DNA from: an uncultured Chloroflexia bacterium
GTDB taxonomy: Bacteria > Chloroflexota > Limnocylindria > Limnocylindrales > CSP1-4
Direction of reading: 5' to 3'
Assembly: GCA_963734535.1 (NCBI GenBank)
Contig: CAVTHS010000010.1
Coordinates: forward strand, 160,001 to 224,000
Length of the DNA stretch: 64,000 bases
In this document: positions 47,862-60,082 of the stretch, one piece after another
How positions within the stretch are numbered: the stretch's first letter is position 1
Layout of the letters: every line of letters starts with the position of its first letter
Position numbers and translations under genes: made by a program
The notes under the pieces: model-generated
Databases searched by the model: none
What the model was told of the DNA's origin: nothing
Seen by the model: only the letters and a program-made list of their open reading frames with translations

Positions 47862-49520
47862 TCAGCCGGGCTCGGCGCCCGCGACCTCCGCGGATTCTGT
47901 CTCCAGGCGCGGGAAGAGGGGCACGGCGGCCGTCAGCGTGCCGGCCTCTCCGGCGCGGGCCCCCCAGCGGAGCTCGTCGAGGATGGCCGGGCCGCCGTTC
48001 CCGTCCGCGGCGTAGGCGAAGGCGTGGCCGAGCTGGTGCATGACCCGGGGCGCCAGGCCTGGCATCACGGGGGCCACGGCAAGCGCCACGAGCCGGCACG
48101 CCTCGACGAGGTCGCCCAGGACCCCCCGCATGCGCTCGGAGCTGCCTTCCTCGCCGGCCTTCACCGCCCGCGCGATGACCCACGGCTGCTCCGCCTCGAC
48201 GAACCGGTTGCCCGCTCCGACGAACTCCCAGAGCGCGGCGAGCGCCTCGTGGAGGAGGCATCCCTCCAGCTTCGCCACGAACAGGTCGCGGACCGCGGGC
48301 CAGGCGGCCCCGAGCGGGCTGTCCGCCGCATCGCGCGGCGCGGGCCGTTCCCCGCCGAGGTAGCGCCCCGCCATGGACACGGTCCGGTTGACGAGGTTCC
48401 CGAAGTCATTGGCGAGGTCCGCGTTGTACCGGCGCGTGAAGGCGTCCCACGAGACGTCGCTGTCGCGGTCGAAGCCGGCCTCGCGGAGCGCGACATAGCG
48501 CGCCCCGTCGCTCCCGAACGCGGCTACGAAGTCGATCGGGTCGAGGAAGTTGCCCCGGCTCTTGCTCATCCGCTCACCCTGGGCCAGCAGCCAGCCGTGG
48601 ACCCACACCCTGCGGGGCGCCTCGAGCCCCGCGGACCAGAGCATGGCCGGCCAGAAGATCGTGTGGAAGCGGGCGATATCCTTGCCGATGACGTGGAGGT
48701 CGGCGGGCCACCAGCGCGCGAACGCCACGGGATCATCCGGGAACCCCGCCCCGGTGATGTAGTTGATGAGCGCGTCGTACCAGACGTAGATCGTGCCACC
48801 GGCCGGGTCCCAGGAGCCGTCCGCGCGCTGCGCGCTGCTCCCGTCGGGAAGGAGCGGGAACGGGATCCCCCACCCCGAATCGGGCCGGCTGATCGAGAAG
48901 TCCTCGAGGCCACCCCGGATGAATCCCAGCATCTCGTTGCGTCGGTGGTCGGGTTGGACGAGGTCGGGATTGTCCTCGAACCAGCGCTCGAGGCGCTCCT
49001 GGTAGGCCGAGAGCCGGAAGAACCAGTTGCGCTCGGTGAGCCACTGGAGCGGCACGTCGGGGTGGTTCGGGCAGATCGTGCCGGCGGCCGTCTCCGTGAC
49101 GTCGGTCGCGTTCCTGAATCCCTCGTTCGGGCAGTACCAGCCCTCGTAGGTGCCAACGTAGATGTCGCCGTTCGCATGCGCGCGGCGGACCATCTCCTGG
49201 GTGGCCCGAACATGGTCCGCATCCGTGGTCCGGATGAACCGGTCCGGGCTGATGAGGAGGGCGTCCTCGGCCGCCTGAAAGAGAGCGACCTGTGCGTCGA
49301 CGAAGTCGCGCGGCGAGCGTCCTTCCTCGGCGGCCCGCATGGCGATGTTGACGCTGTGCTCGTCGGTCCCGGTCTGGAAGCGGGTCGGGACGCCGCACAT
49401 GCGATACCAGCGCGCCAGGGCGTCCGCCCCGATCACCTCGTAGAGCGTGTGCAGACCTGGCCGGTTGTTCGCATACGCGATCGAGGTCGTGATCGAGAAG
49501 CGGTCGCGAAGTTCGGGCAT
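47862..49520 (-). CDS. metG: Methionyl-tRNA synthetase (short form, non-canonical HIGH motif)
   Basis: TGTDEH, FIRTT, YVWYDALINY, IGKDIARFH..WPAML, RMSKS, LANDFGNLVNR; HIGH position reads GLHT. Confidence 0.95.
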   Translation of the reverse strand: MPELRDRFSITTSIAYANNRPGLHTLYEVIGADALARWYRMCGVPTRFQTGTDEHSVNIAMRAAEEGRSPRDFVDAQVALFQAAEDALLISPDRFIRTTDADHVRATQEMVRRAHANGDIYVGTYEGWYCPNEGFRNATDVTETAAGTICPNHPDVPLQWLTERNWFFRLSAYQERLERWFEDNPDLVQPDHRRNEMLGFIRGGLEDFSISRPDSGWGIPFPLLPDGSSAQRADGSWDPAGGTIYVWYDALINYITGAGFPDDPVAFARWWPADLHVIGKDIARFHTIFWPAMLWSAGLEAPRRVWVHGWLLAQGERMSKSRGNFLDPIDFVAAFGSDGARYVALREAGFDRDSDVSWDAFTRRYNADLANDFGNLVNRTVSMAGRYLGGERPAPRDAADSPLGAAWPAVRDLFVAKLEGCLLHEALAALWEFVGAGNRFVEAEQPWVIARAVKAGEEGSSERMRGVLGDLVEACRLVALAVAPVMPGLAPRVMHQLGHAFAYAADGNGGPAILDELRWGARAGEAGTLTAAVPLFPRLETESAEVAGAEPG

Positions 49521-49615
49521 GGCCGGGGGATCGTAGCAGGGCCGGTGCGGGCCCCGCGCAGGGCAGGCCGGCGCAGCGGCGGGCCGCGCGCAGCGGCGAC
49601 GACCCGCTCCTGGCC

Positions 49616-51886
49616 TCAGTGACGGAAGTGGCGCGTCCCCGTGACGAGCATGGCCGCCCCGGATGCGTCCGCGACCGCGGTCACCTCGGCGTCCCGGAGC
49701 GAGCCACCCGGCTGGACGAAGGCGGTGACGCCCGCCGCCAGGCAGGCCTCGACCGCGTCGGGAAACGGGAAGAAGGCATCCGAGGCGACGGCGGCGCCCG
49801 CCACTCGTTCCGGCCCGAGGATCGAGCGGGCCTTCTCGACGGCCTGGCGGGCCGCGTCCACCCGGCTCGTCTGGCCCGATCCGAGGCCGATCAGCATCCC
49901 GTCGCGCACGAGGACGATGGCGTTGCTCGTGACGCCCCGGGCCAGGCGCCAGGCGAGGTCGAGGTCCGCCCGTTCGGCGTCCGTCGGAATACGGCGCGTC
50001 ACGCAGGCCCAGCCGCCCGGGTCGTCGGGGATCGTGTCCGCCGCGGTGACGAGGACTGCGCCCCCGGCCGTCCGGAAGGACCCGCGGCGCTCGGGCCAGG
50101 GCGGATCTCCCGCGACTCCCAGCCGCCGGTCGACGACAAGGCGCAGGTTGGGCCGCCGCGCCAGGACGGCGCGGGCATCGGCGTCGAAGCCGGGCGCGAC
50201 GACGATCTCCAGGAAGATGCTCGCGAGCTGCTCGGCGACGGTGCCGTCCATCTCGCGGGTCACTGCGACGACGCCCCCGAACGCGCTCACCGGGTCGGCC
50301 GCGAGCGCGTCATCCCAGGCCGCGGCGAGGCTCCCCCGCTCCGCCGCTCCGCACGGGTTCATGTGCTTGACGATGACGCAGGCGGGTCCCCGGAGCGCCC
50401 GCCCGAGCGCCGCGGCTGCCGACGCGTCGAGGATGTTGTTGTAGCTGAGCGGCTTGCCCTGCAGCGGCGCCTCGCCGGTGGCGAACGGGCCGTCCGCGTC
50501 GGTCCCACCGGGCCGCCGGTAGCGCGCCGCGGGCTGGTGCGGGTTCTCGCCGTAGCGGAGCGTCTCGACCTTCTCGAGGCCGATGACGAGCGCCTCGGGA
50601 AACGGGTCGACGCTCCGCGGGAGGCCTGGCTCGTCCGGCATCGCGATCCCCGCCCGGTCCAGCTCGCATGGCAGGACGTCGGCGATCCGCGCGTCGTACG
50701 CGGCCGTGTGCCGGAACGCCTCGACCGCGAGCGCGGCCCGCAGGCCGGCCGGGATGCCCCCGGGTACGTCGAGCGCCTCGAGGATCGCGGGGTAGCGCGC
50801 GGGCGAGGTCACGATCGCCACGTTCCGCGCGTTCTTGGCCGCCGCCCGAACCATGGACGGGCCGCCGATGTCGATCTCCTCGACGAGGCCGTCGAGGTCC
50901 AGGTCGTGGCGGGCCGCGCGCTCGGCGGCCTGGCCGAACGGATACAGGTTGACGACGACGAGCTCGAACGGCTCGATCGCCGCGGCCGCGAGCTGCCGGC
51001 GATGGTCGGGGTTCCGAGCATCGGCGAGGATCGCCGCGTGGACCCGCGGGTGGAGGGTCTTCACCCGCCCGTCGAGCATCTCCGGGAAGCCGGTGACCGC
51101 GCCGACGTCCGTGACCGGCATGCCCGCCGCGCGGAGAGCCCGCGCCGTCCCGCCCGTGCTGACCAGCTCGAAGCCGCGGCGCACGAGTCCCCGGGCGAGG
51201 TCCACCAGCCCCGCCTTGTCCGAGACCGACAGGAGGGCCCGCCGCGAGGGCGGAAGGGCCGCCTCGGCTCGGGCGGCGTCGATCGTGACGCGCCGCCCGT
51301 CCACGTCGAGCGCACCACCGAGGAGGAGCGCCACTGCTCGGGGGAGGACCCGGTGCTCCACCGCGTGGAGCCGCTCGAGAAGCGCCGCCTCGTCGTCGCC
51401 GGGCCGGACGTCGACCGCCTCCGCAAGCACGATCGGGCCTCCGTCGAGCGACGCGTCGACCAGGTGCACGGTCACGCCGGTGACCGCCGCGCCGGCCGCC
51501 AGGGCATCACGGACCGCGTGCGCGCCCGGGAAGCTCGGCAGGAGCGACGGGTGGACGTTGAGGATGCGTCCGGCGAACGCCTCCAGGAGCACTGGGCCCA
51601 CGAGACGCATGAAGCCCGCCAGGACGACCGCGTCGGTGCCCAGGGCACGAAGCGTCCCGGCGAGCGTGCGGTCAGCCGCTTCCCGCTCGGCCGGCTCGCG
51701 GGCGGCCAGGCCCGGAACCAGGGCCGTGTCGAGGCCCGCGTCTGCCGCCCACTCGAGCGCCGGGCAGGGCCGGTCGGAGAAGACGAGCACGATCCGGGCC
51801 GGGAGGGCGCCTCGCGCGATCCGGCCCTGGAGGGCTCGCAGGTTGCTGCCGCTGCCGGAGACGCCAATCGCGATCCGATCGCTCAC
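49616..51886 (-). CDS. purH: Fused PurN (GAR transformylase)-PurH (AICAR transformylase/IMP cyclohydrolase)
   Basis: N-terminal SGSGSNL, LAGFM, NVHPSLLP; from about residue 215 RALLSVSDK, GRVKTLHP, IDIGGP, LRYGENPHQ, RHFRH; single open frame. Confidence 0.92.
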   Translation of the reverse strand: MSDRIAIGVSGSGSNLRALQGRIARGALPARIVLVFSDRPCPALEWAADAGLDTALVPGLAAREPAEREAADRTLAGTLRALGTDAVVLAGFMRLVGPVLLEAFAGRILNVHPSLLPSFPGAHAVRDALAAGAAVTGVTVHLVDASLDGGPIVLAEAVDVRPGDDEAALLERLHAVEHRVLPRAVALLLGGALDVDGRRVTIDAARAEAALPPSRRALLSVSDKAGLVDLARGLVRRGFELVSTGGTARALRAAGMPVTDVGAVTGFPEMLDGRVKTLHPRVHAAILADARNPDHRRQLAAAAIEPFELVVVNLYPFGQAAERAARHDLDLDGLVEEIDIGGPSMVRAAAKNARNVAIVTSPARYPAILEALDVPGGIPAGLRAALAVEAFRHTAAYDARIADVLPCELDRAGIAMPDEPGLPRSVDPFPEALVIGLEKVETLRYGENPHQPAARYRRPGGTDADGPFATGEAPLQGKPLSYNNILDASAAAALGRALRGPACVIVKHMNPCGAAERGSLAAAWDDALAADPVSAFGGVVAVTREMDGTVAEQLASIFLEIVVAPGFDADARAVLARRPNLRLVVDRRLGVAGDPPWPERRGSFRTAGGAVLVTAADTIPDDPGGWACVTRRIPTDAERADLDLAWRLARGVTSNAIVLVRDGMLIGLGSGQTSRVDAARQAVEKARSILGPERVAGAAVASDAFFPFPDAVEACLAAGVTAFVQPGGSLRDAEVTAVADASGAAMLVTGTRHFRH

Positions 51887-53037
51887 CGTGCCACCTCCAC
51901 GTAGCGGGCCCCGCCGACGTCAGCCGCCGCGACGATCTCCCCGGCGACGCACGCGCCGATGCCCAACCGGATCGCGGCGGGAATCGCCGCGCGAACCCCG
52001 TCCGGCGGCATCGCGAGCACCATCCCGAGGCCACCGTTGAACGTCGCCCGGATCTCCGCGTCGTCGAGGGCGCCGATCCCGCCGAGGAGGCGCATGACCG
52101 AGGGCATTGGCCACGCCGTCGAATGGAGCCGCGCGGCGAGCCCGTCGGGCACGATCCGCGGCACCGCCCCCGCAAGCCCGCCGCCGGTCACGTGGGCGAT
52201 GCCGTGGACGTCGGCACCGGTCGCCCGGACCGCTTCCCGGATGGCGAGGACGGCCCGCGCGTAGATCCGCGTCGGGGTCAGCAGGACGTCCCGCAACGAC
52301 GCGTTCGCGTGCACCGCCTCGGGCGCTGCGCCGGCGGACCGGGCCGCGAGGAGGTCCGCGTACGGCCCGTCCAGGTCCAGGCCGGCCTCGGCCACGAGCC
52401 GTCGGACGAGCGAGAAGCCGTTGCTGTGCAGCCCGGAAGCCTCGAGCCCGACGAGCAGGTCGCCGGCCCGCACGGCCGACCCGTCGATGGCCTCGTCGCG
52501 CTCGACGACGCCCACGCACGTGGCGGCGAGGTCCAGGTCGGTCGACGCCATGGCCCCTGGGTGCTCGGCCGTCTCGCCACCGAGCAGCGCGCAGCCGGCC
52601 GCCCTGCAGCCCGCCGCGACCCCCGCGACGACCTCGGCGATCTCCTCGGGGACCAGCCGGCCGACCGCCACGTAGTCGAGCAGGAAGAGCGGCTCCGCGC
52701 CGGTGCAGACCACGTCGTCGGCGCACATCGCGACGAGGTCGATCCCCAGGCCGCCGAGCCCGCCGCCCGCCCGCGCCAGGGCCGTCTTCGTCCCGACCCC
52801 GTCCGTGGACGCCACGAGGAGGGGGCGACGATAGCCGGCGGGGATCTCGATGGCGCCGGCGAAGCCGCCCAGGCCGCCGACCACCTCCGGCCGTCGAGTG
52901 GAGGCGACGGCCGTGCGCATCAGGGTCACGGCACGCTCGCCCGCGTCCACGTCGACGCCGGCCGCCCGGTACGCCTCGCGGCGGGCAGGGGCCCGCATTC
53001 CGGAAGGCACGCCGCCGCCCCCATCAGCCACGGGCAC
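51883..53037 (-). CDS. purM: Phosphoribosylaminoimidazole (AIR) synthetase
   Basis: YRAAGVD, TDGVGTK, GGETAE, HSNGFSL, HVTGGG; start uncertain. Confidence 0.95.
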   Translation of the reverse strand: MPVADGGGGVPSGMRAPARREAYRAAGVDVDAGERAVTLMRTAVASTRRPEVVGGLGGFAGAIEIPAGYRRPLLVASTDGVGTKTALARAGGGLGGLGIDLVAMCADDVVCTGAEPLFLLDYVAVGRLVPEEIAEVVAGVAAGCRAAGCALLGGETAEHPGAMASTDLDLAATCVGVVERDEAIDGSAVRAGDLLVGLEASGLHSNGFSLVRRLVAEAGLDLDGPYADLLAARSAGAAPEAVHANASLRDVLLTPTRIYARAVLAIREAVRATGADVHGIAHVTGGGLAGAVPRIVPDGLAARLHSTAWPMPSVMRLLGGIGALDDAEIRATFNGGLGMVLAMPPDGVRAAIPAAIRLGIGACVAGEIVAAADVGGARYVEVAR

Positions 53038-54469
53038 CGACGCGTTCCTCCAGGACGAACTTGCGGCTTGCCGCGTCGTACGGCACGGGCTCGGGATACC
53101 TGCCGTCGAAGCAGGCGAAGCAGAACCGATCGTACGGCAGGTCGAGCGCCGCGAGGACGCCGCGGATCGAGAGGTAGCCCAGCGAGTCGGCCCCGATGAA
53201 GTCGCGAATCTCGTCCACGGAATGCGTCGCCGCGATCAGCTCGGTCTCGACCTGGGTGTCGATCCCATAGAAGCAGGGGTGGAAGATCGGCGGCGCGCTG
53301 ATCCGGACGTGGATCTCCGCCGCCCCCGCGCGGCGGAGCAGCTCGACGATCGAGCGCGTCGTCGTCCCGCGGACGATCGAGTCGTCCACGACCACGAGGC
53401 GCTGGCCGCGGACGATCTCGCGAAGCGGCGAGAGCTTCACGGTGACGCCCCGCTGGCGCATCGACTGGGAGGGCTGGATGAACGTGCGGCCGGCGTACCG
53501 GTTGCGGATCATCCCCTCGCGGTATGGCAGGCCGGACGCCTCCGCGTAGCCCACCGCCGCCGGCGCGCCGGTGTCCGGGACCGGCATCACGAGGTCGGCT
53601 GGCACCGGCTGCTCGCCGGCCAGCTGGATTCCCATCTGGCGGCGCGCCTCGTAGAGGTTGACGCCCTCCATGTAGGAGTCCGGGCGGGCGAAGTAGATCA
53701 GCTCGAAGACGCAGAGAGCCGGGGTCGCCGGAGCGAACCGGACCGACGCGGGCGCCTTTCCCGCCTCGAGGATGACGATCTCACCCGGCTCGACGTCGCG
53801 GACGTACGCGGCGCCGACGACGTCGAGGCCGGTCGTCTCCGAGCTCAGGACCCAGCCGGCCTCATCGTCGCCATCGTCGCGGCGGCCGAGGGCGCGCAGC
53901 TCCGTGGCCGGGAGCCGGCCGAGGACCAGCGGCCGGAACCCGTGCGGGTCGCGGACGCCGATGACGCGCCGCTCGTCGAGGATGACCAGGCTGTAGGCGC
54001 CCCTGGTCGCCGGCAGGACGCGGCGGAGCGCGTCCACGGTGTCCGCGGCCGGCTCGTCGGCCAGGAGTGCGGTGAGCAGCTCCGTGTCGGTGCTTGCGGG
54101 GAGGCGCGCCCGGCCGCCGGCGAGCGTCGCGAGCAGCTCGCGCGTGTTGACGAGGTTCCCGTTGTGCCCGATCGCGAGCGCGCGCCTGGGCCCCAGGCGG
54201 AGCGTCGGCTGCGCGTTCTCCCAGACCGTGGAGCCGGTCGTCGAGTACCGGCAATGCGCGATCGCGAGCTCCCCGCGAAGGCTGGGCAGGCGGCGGTCGT
54301 CGAGCACCTGCGCGACGAGCCCGAGGTCCTTGTAGAGCATGAGCTGATCGCCGTCGGAGACCGCGACCCCGGCGGACTCCTGGCCGCGGTGCTGCAGCGC
54401 GAAGATGCCGAGCGCGGCGATCCGGGCGGCCTCCTGGCCGGGGGCGACGACGCCGAAGACGCCGCACAT
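53024..54469 (-). CDS. purF: Amidophosphoribosyltransferase
   Basis: N-terminal MCG, QHRGQE, HNGNL, VDDSIVRGTT. Confidence 0.97.
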   Translation of the reverse strand: MCGVFGVVAPGQEAARIAALGIFALQHRGQESAGVAVSDGDQLMLYKDLGLVAQVLDDRRLPSLRGELAIAHCRYSTTGSTVWENAQPTLRLGPRRALAIGHNGNLVNTRELLATLAGGRARLPASTDTELLTALLADEPAADTVDALRRVLPATRGAYSLVILDERRVIGVRDPHGFRPLVLGRLPATELRALGRRDDGDDEAGWVLSSETTGLDVVGAAYVRDVEPGEIVILEAGKAPASVRFAPATPALCVFELIYFARPDSYMEGVNLYEARRQMGIQLAGEQPVPADLVMPVPDTGAPAAVGYAEASGLPYREGMIRNRYAGRTFIQPSQSMRQRGVTVKLSPLREIVRGQRLVVVDDSIVRGTTTRSIVELLRRAGAAEIHVRISAPPIFHPCFYGIDTQVETELIAATHSVDEIRDFIGADSLGYLSIRGVLAALDLPYDRFCFACFDGRYPEPVPYDAASRKFVLEERVGARG

Positions 54470-54473
54470 CGAG

Positions 54474-56800
<2,327 letters not shown>

Positions 56801-56804
<4 letters not shown>

Positions 56805-57538
56805 CCGGCCACCGCGTGCGGGCTGGTGCCGGCGCGCTCGCCCGCCGATTCGACGAGCGATCGCAGGACCAGCATCCCGTCCTCCGAGCCCAGCAGCGCG
56901 TCGGCGGCACGTTCGGGGTGCGGCATGAGGCCGGCCACGTTTCCGGCGGCGTTGATGACGCCGGCGATCGCCCGGAGCGACCCGTTCGGGTTCGCCCGGT
57001 CCCCGGCCGGAGCCGGGGTCCCTGCGTCGTCCACGTAGCGGAAGAGGATTCGGCCGTCCCGCTCGAGCCCATCGAGCGTGGCCGCGTCGGCGTAGTAGCA
57101 GCCCTCGCCGTGGGCAACCGGCATGCGGAGCACGCCGCCACCCCGCACCCGGTGGGTGAAGGCGGTGTCCACCCGCTCGGCGCGGATGGTGATGTCGCGA
57201 CAGACGAAGCGAAGCGATCGGTTGCGCAGCAGCGCGCCCGGGAGGAGACCTGCCTCGGCCAGGACCTGGAAGCCGTTGCAGATGCCGAGCACGAGGCCGC
57301 CGGCCGCGGCGTAGCCGGCCACGGCCCGCATCACCGGGCTGAAGCGGGCGATGGCGCCGGCGCGGAGGTAGTCGCCATATGCGAAGCCGCCGGGCAGGAC
57401 GACTGCGTCCACGCCCTGGAGGTCGGCGCTCTCGTGCCACAGCTGGACGGGCTCGGCGCCCGCCGTTGCGAGCGCCCACGCCGTGTCCGCGTCGCAGTTC
57501 GAGCCAGGAAAGACGACGACACCGACCCGGACGCTCAC
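56801..57538 (-). CDS. purQ: FGAM synthase glutaminase subunit
   Basis: FPGSNCD, GGFAYGD, GICNGFQ, MPHPER. Confidence 0.96.
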
Positions 57539-57837
57539 CCGCCCGGCCCGGAACGCGCCGCCGAGATGGCGCCGAGCGCCTCGATCGCGTACTGCTCGAT
57601 CAGGGGGTTGCAGAGAAGCTCCCGGGCGAGCTCGTCGACGACGACGCGGGCGGCGGCGGCGTCCGGCGCGTCGACGGCGAGCTCCACGCGGCGGCCGACG
57701 CGGACCTCCCCGATCCCCGCCAGCCCAAGGTGCGGCAGGCTCCGCTCCACGGCGCGACCCTGCGGGTCGAGAATCCCGTCCTTGGGGAGCACGTTGACCG
57801 CGAATCGGAAGCGGGCGGCGACGACCTCGGCACTCAT
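57535..57837 (-). CDS. purS: FGAM synthase PurS subunit
   Basis: LDPQG and LLCNPLIE motifs. Confidence 0.93.
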   Translation of the reverse strand: MSAEVVAARFRFAVNVLPKDGILDPQGRAVERSLPHLGLAGIGEVRVGRRVELAVDAPDAAAARVVVDELARELLCNPLIEQYAIEALGAISAARSGPGG

Positions 57838-58769
57838 GGGGCGATGACGTCCTCCTCGAGATAGCGGGCAAAGGTCGCCCCGGTGATCCGTTCGAACGCC
57901 TCGATGTAGCGCGCGCGGGTCCCGGATACCACGCCGTCCGGGAGCGCCGGGCCCGGGTCCGTCCTGTCCCACGCCGACCGGTCCAGCCAGTCGCGGACAT
58001 ACTGCTTGTCGAACGAGGCCTGCGGACCGCCGGGCGCGTACGCGGCCGCGTCCCAGAAGCGCGACGAGTCCGGGGTGAGGACCTCGTCCGCGAGGACGAG
58101 CGTCCCGTCACCCGCCAGGCCCATCTCGAGCTTCGTGTCCGCGAGGAGGATCCCCGCCCGCGCGCAGGCTGCGGCCGCGTGCGCGTAGAGGCGCAGCGCG
58201 ACGGCGCGAACCCGCTCGGCGAGCTCGCCGGCATCGCGCCCCGGCGCTGCCAGGAGATCGACCAGGGTGTCGAACGAGATCGGCTCGTCGTGGCCGGACT
58301 CCGCCTTCGTGGAGGGCGTGAAGATGGGCGCCGGCAGCCGGTCGCCCTCCCGCAGGCCGGGTTCAAGCCGGATCCCGGAGACCGCGCCCGTCGCCGCGTA
58401 GTCCTTCCAGCCCCCGCCAGCGAGATAGCCTCGGACGACTATCTCGACCGGGAGCATGTCGAGGCGCCGACAGAGCAGCATTCGGCCGCGCAGCTCGGCG
58501 GCCCGCCCGGCCCACCGCGGCGGGAGCGACCCGGGCTCGGTGGCGAGGAGGTGGTTCGGCACGATCCGGGCCGTTTCCGCGAACCAGAACCGCGACAGAC
58601 CGGTCAGCACCTTCCCCTTGTCGGGAATCTGGGTCGGCAGGACCACGTCGTAGGCGGAGAGCCGGTCGGAGGCGACGAGGAGCAGGCGGTCCGCATCCAC
58701 GGCGTACAGGTCGCGGACCTTGCCCGCGCGGATGAATGCCGCAGCGGTGGAGGTCCCGGTCGCCGTCAA
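57834..58769 (-). CDS. purC: SAICAR synthetase
   Basis: GKVRDLY, SDRLSAYD, FTPSTK, DEVLTPDSSRFW, DKQYVRDW. Confidence 0.96.
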   Translation of the reverse strand: MTATGTSTAAAFIRAGKVRDLYAVDADRLLLVASDRLSAYDVVLPTQIPDKGKVLTGLSRFWFAETARIVPNHLLATEPGSLPPRWAGRAAELRGRMLLCRRLDMLPVEIVVRGYLAGGGWKDYAATGAVSGIRLEPGLREGDRLPAPIFTPSTKAESGHDEPISFDTLVDLLAAPGRDAGELAERVRAVALRLYAHAAAACARAGILLADTKLEMGLAGDGTLVLADEVLTPDSSRFWDAAAYAPGGPQASFDKQYVRDWLDRSAWDRTDPGPALPDGVVSGTRARYIEAFERITGATFARYLEEDVIAP

Positions 58770-60082
58770 CGCACGATCCCCGGGTCGATGGCGTCGAGGC
58801 GCGCGATGATCGTCGGCACGTGGACCAGGAAGCCGGTGTCGTCGAAACAGGCGTCAAGGCTCGCCAGGGTCAGGCGCGGCGCCACGCTCGCGTCTGTTGC
58901 CAGGAGGTCTCGCAGCGGGCGTCGCTCGTCGGCGGCCCGGAGGGCGTTCCGCTGGATGATCGCGTATGCCTCCTCGCGCGAGAGGCCGCCCTCCTCGACC
59001 AGCGCGACCAGGACGCGTGACGACGCGTGAAGGCCGAGCCCGCGCTCGATGTTCTCGCGCATGCGCTCCGGCCGCACGACGAGGCCCTCCACCAGCCCCG
59101 TCATCTTCGCCAGCATGTAGTCGAGGAGGATCGTTGCGTCCGGAAGGAGCACCCGCTCGGCGCTGCTGTGGCTGATGTCGCGCTCGTGCCAGAGCGGCTG
59201 GTTCTCGAACGCGGCGCCCGCGTAGCCGCGCAGGAGCCGCGCCAGTCCTGCGATCCGCTCGCACAGGATCGGGTTGCGCTTGTGCGGCATCGCCGAGCTG
59301 CCCTTCTGCCCGGCCCGGAACGGCTCCATCAGCTCGCCGATCTCGGTGTGCTGGAGATTCCGGACCTCGGTGGCGAATCGTTCGAGAGATCCGCCGGCGA
59401 TCGCGATGGCGGCCATGACCGCGGCGTGGCGGTCACGCTGGACGATCTGGGTGCTCACGGGGTCGGCGGCAAGCCCGAGATCGGCGAGGACCTCGGCCTC
59501 GAGGTCCGGGGCGAGCAGGCTGTACGTCCCGACCGGTCCAGAGATCTTGCCCGTCGCGATGTCGTCGAAGGCACGCGCGAGGCGCGCACGATCGCGATCG
59601 AGCTCGAAGGCCCAGCCGGCCAGCTTGAGCCCCAGGGTCGTGGGCTCGGCATGGACGGAGTGGGTCCTGCCCATCATCACGGTGCCGGCCTCGGCCCGGG
59701 CGCGGGCGACGAGTGCGGCGAGGAGCCGGTCGGCGCCACCCAGCAGGAGCGCGCCTGCGGCACGGAGCTGGAGCGCCAGCCCGGTGTCCACGACGTCGCT
59801 GCTCGTGAGGCCGAGGTGGAGGTAGCGGCCTTCCGGGCCGACCGATTCCGCGACCTGGCTCACGAAGGCGATGACGTCGTGGTCGGTGGTCCGCTCGATC
59901 TCGGCGATCCGATCGACGTCCACGCGGGCCCGCCGCTCGATGGCCGCGTTCGCCTCGGCCGGCACCGTGCCGCGGGCGACCTGGGCCCTTGCCACGGCCA
60001 GCTCCACGCGGAGCATGGCCGCGAAGCGCGCCTCCTCGGACCACACCGCGCCCATCTCGGCGCGGGTGTAGCGGCGGATCAC
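58766..60082 (-). CDS. purB: Adenylosuccinate lyase
   Basis: HLGLTSSD, GRTH, GSSAMPHKRNP, WHERD; GTGA overlap start. Confidence 0.96.
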   Translation of the reverse strand: MIRRYTRAEMGAVWSEEARFAAMLRVELAVARAQVARGTVPAEANAAIERRARVDVDRIAEIERTTDHDVIAFVSQVAESVGPEGRYLHLGLTSSDVVDTGLALQLRAAGALLLGGADRLLAALVARARAEAGTVMMGRTHSVHAEPTTLGLKLAGWAFELDRDRARLARAFDDIATGKISGPVGTYSLLAPDLEAEVLADLGLAADPVSTQIVQRDRHAAVMAAIAIAGGSLERFATEVRNLQHTEIGELMEPFRAGQKGSSAMPHKRNPILCERIAGLARLLRGYAGAAFENQPLWHERDISHSSAERVLLPDATILLDYMLAKMTGLVEGLVVRPERMRENIERGLGLHASSRVLVALVEEGGLSREEAYAIIQRNALRAADERRPLRDLLATDASVAPRLTLASLDACFDDTGFLVHVPTIIARLDAIDPGIVR

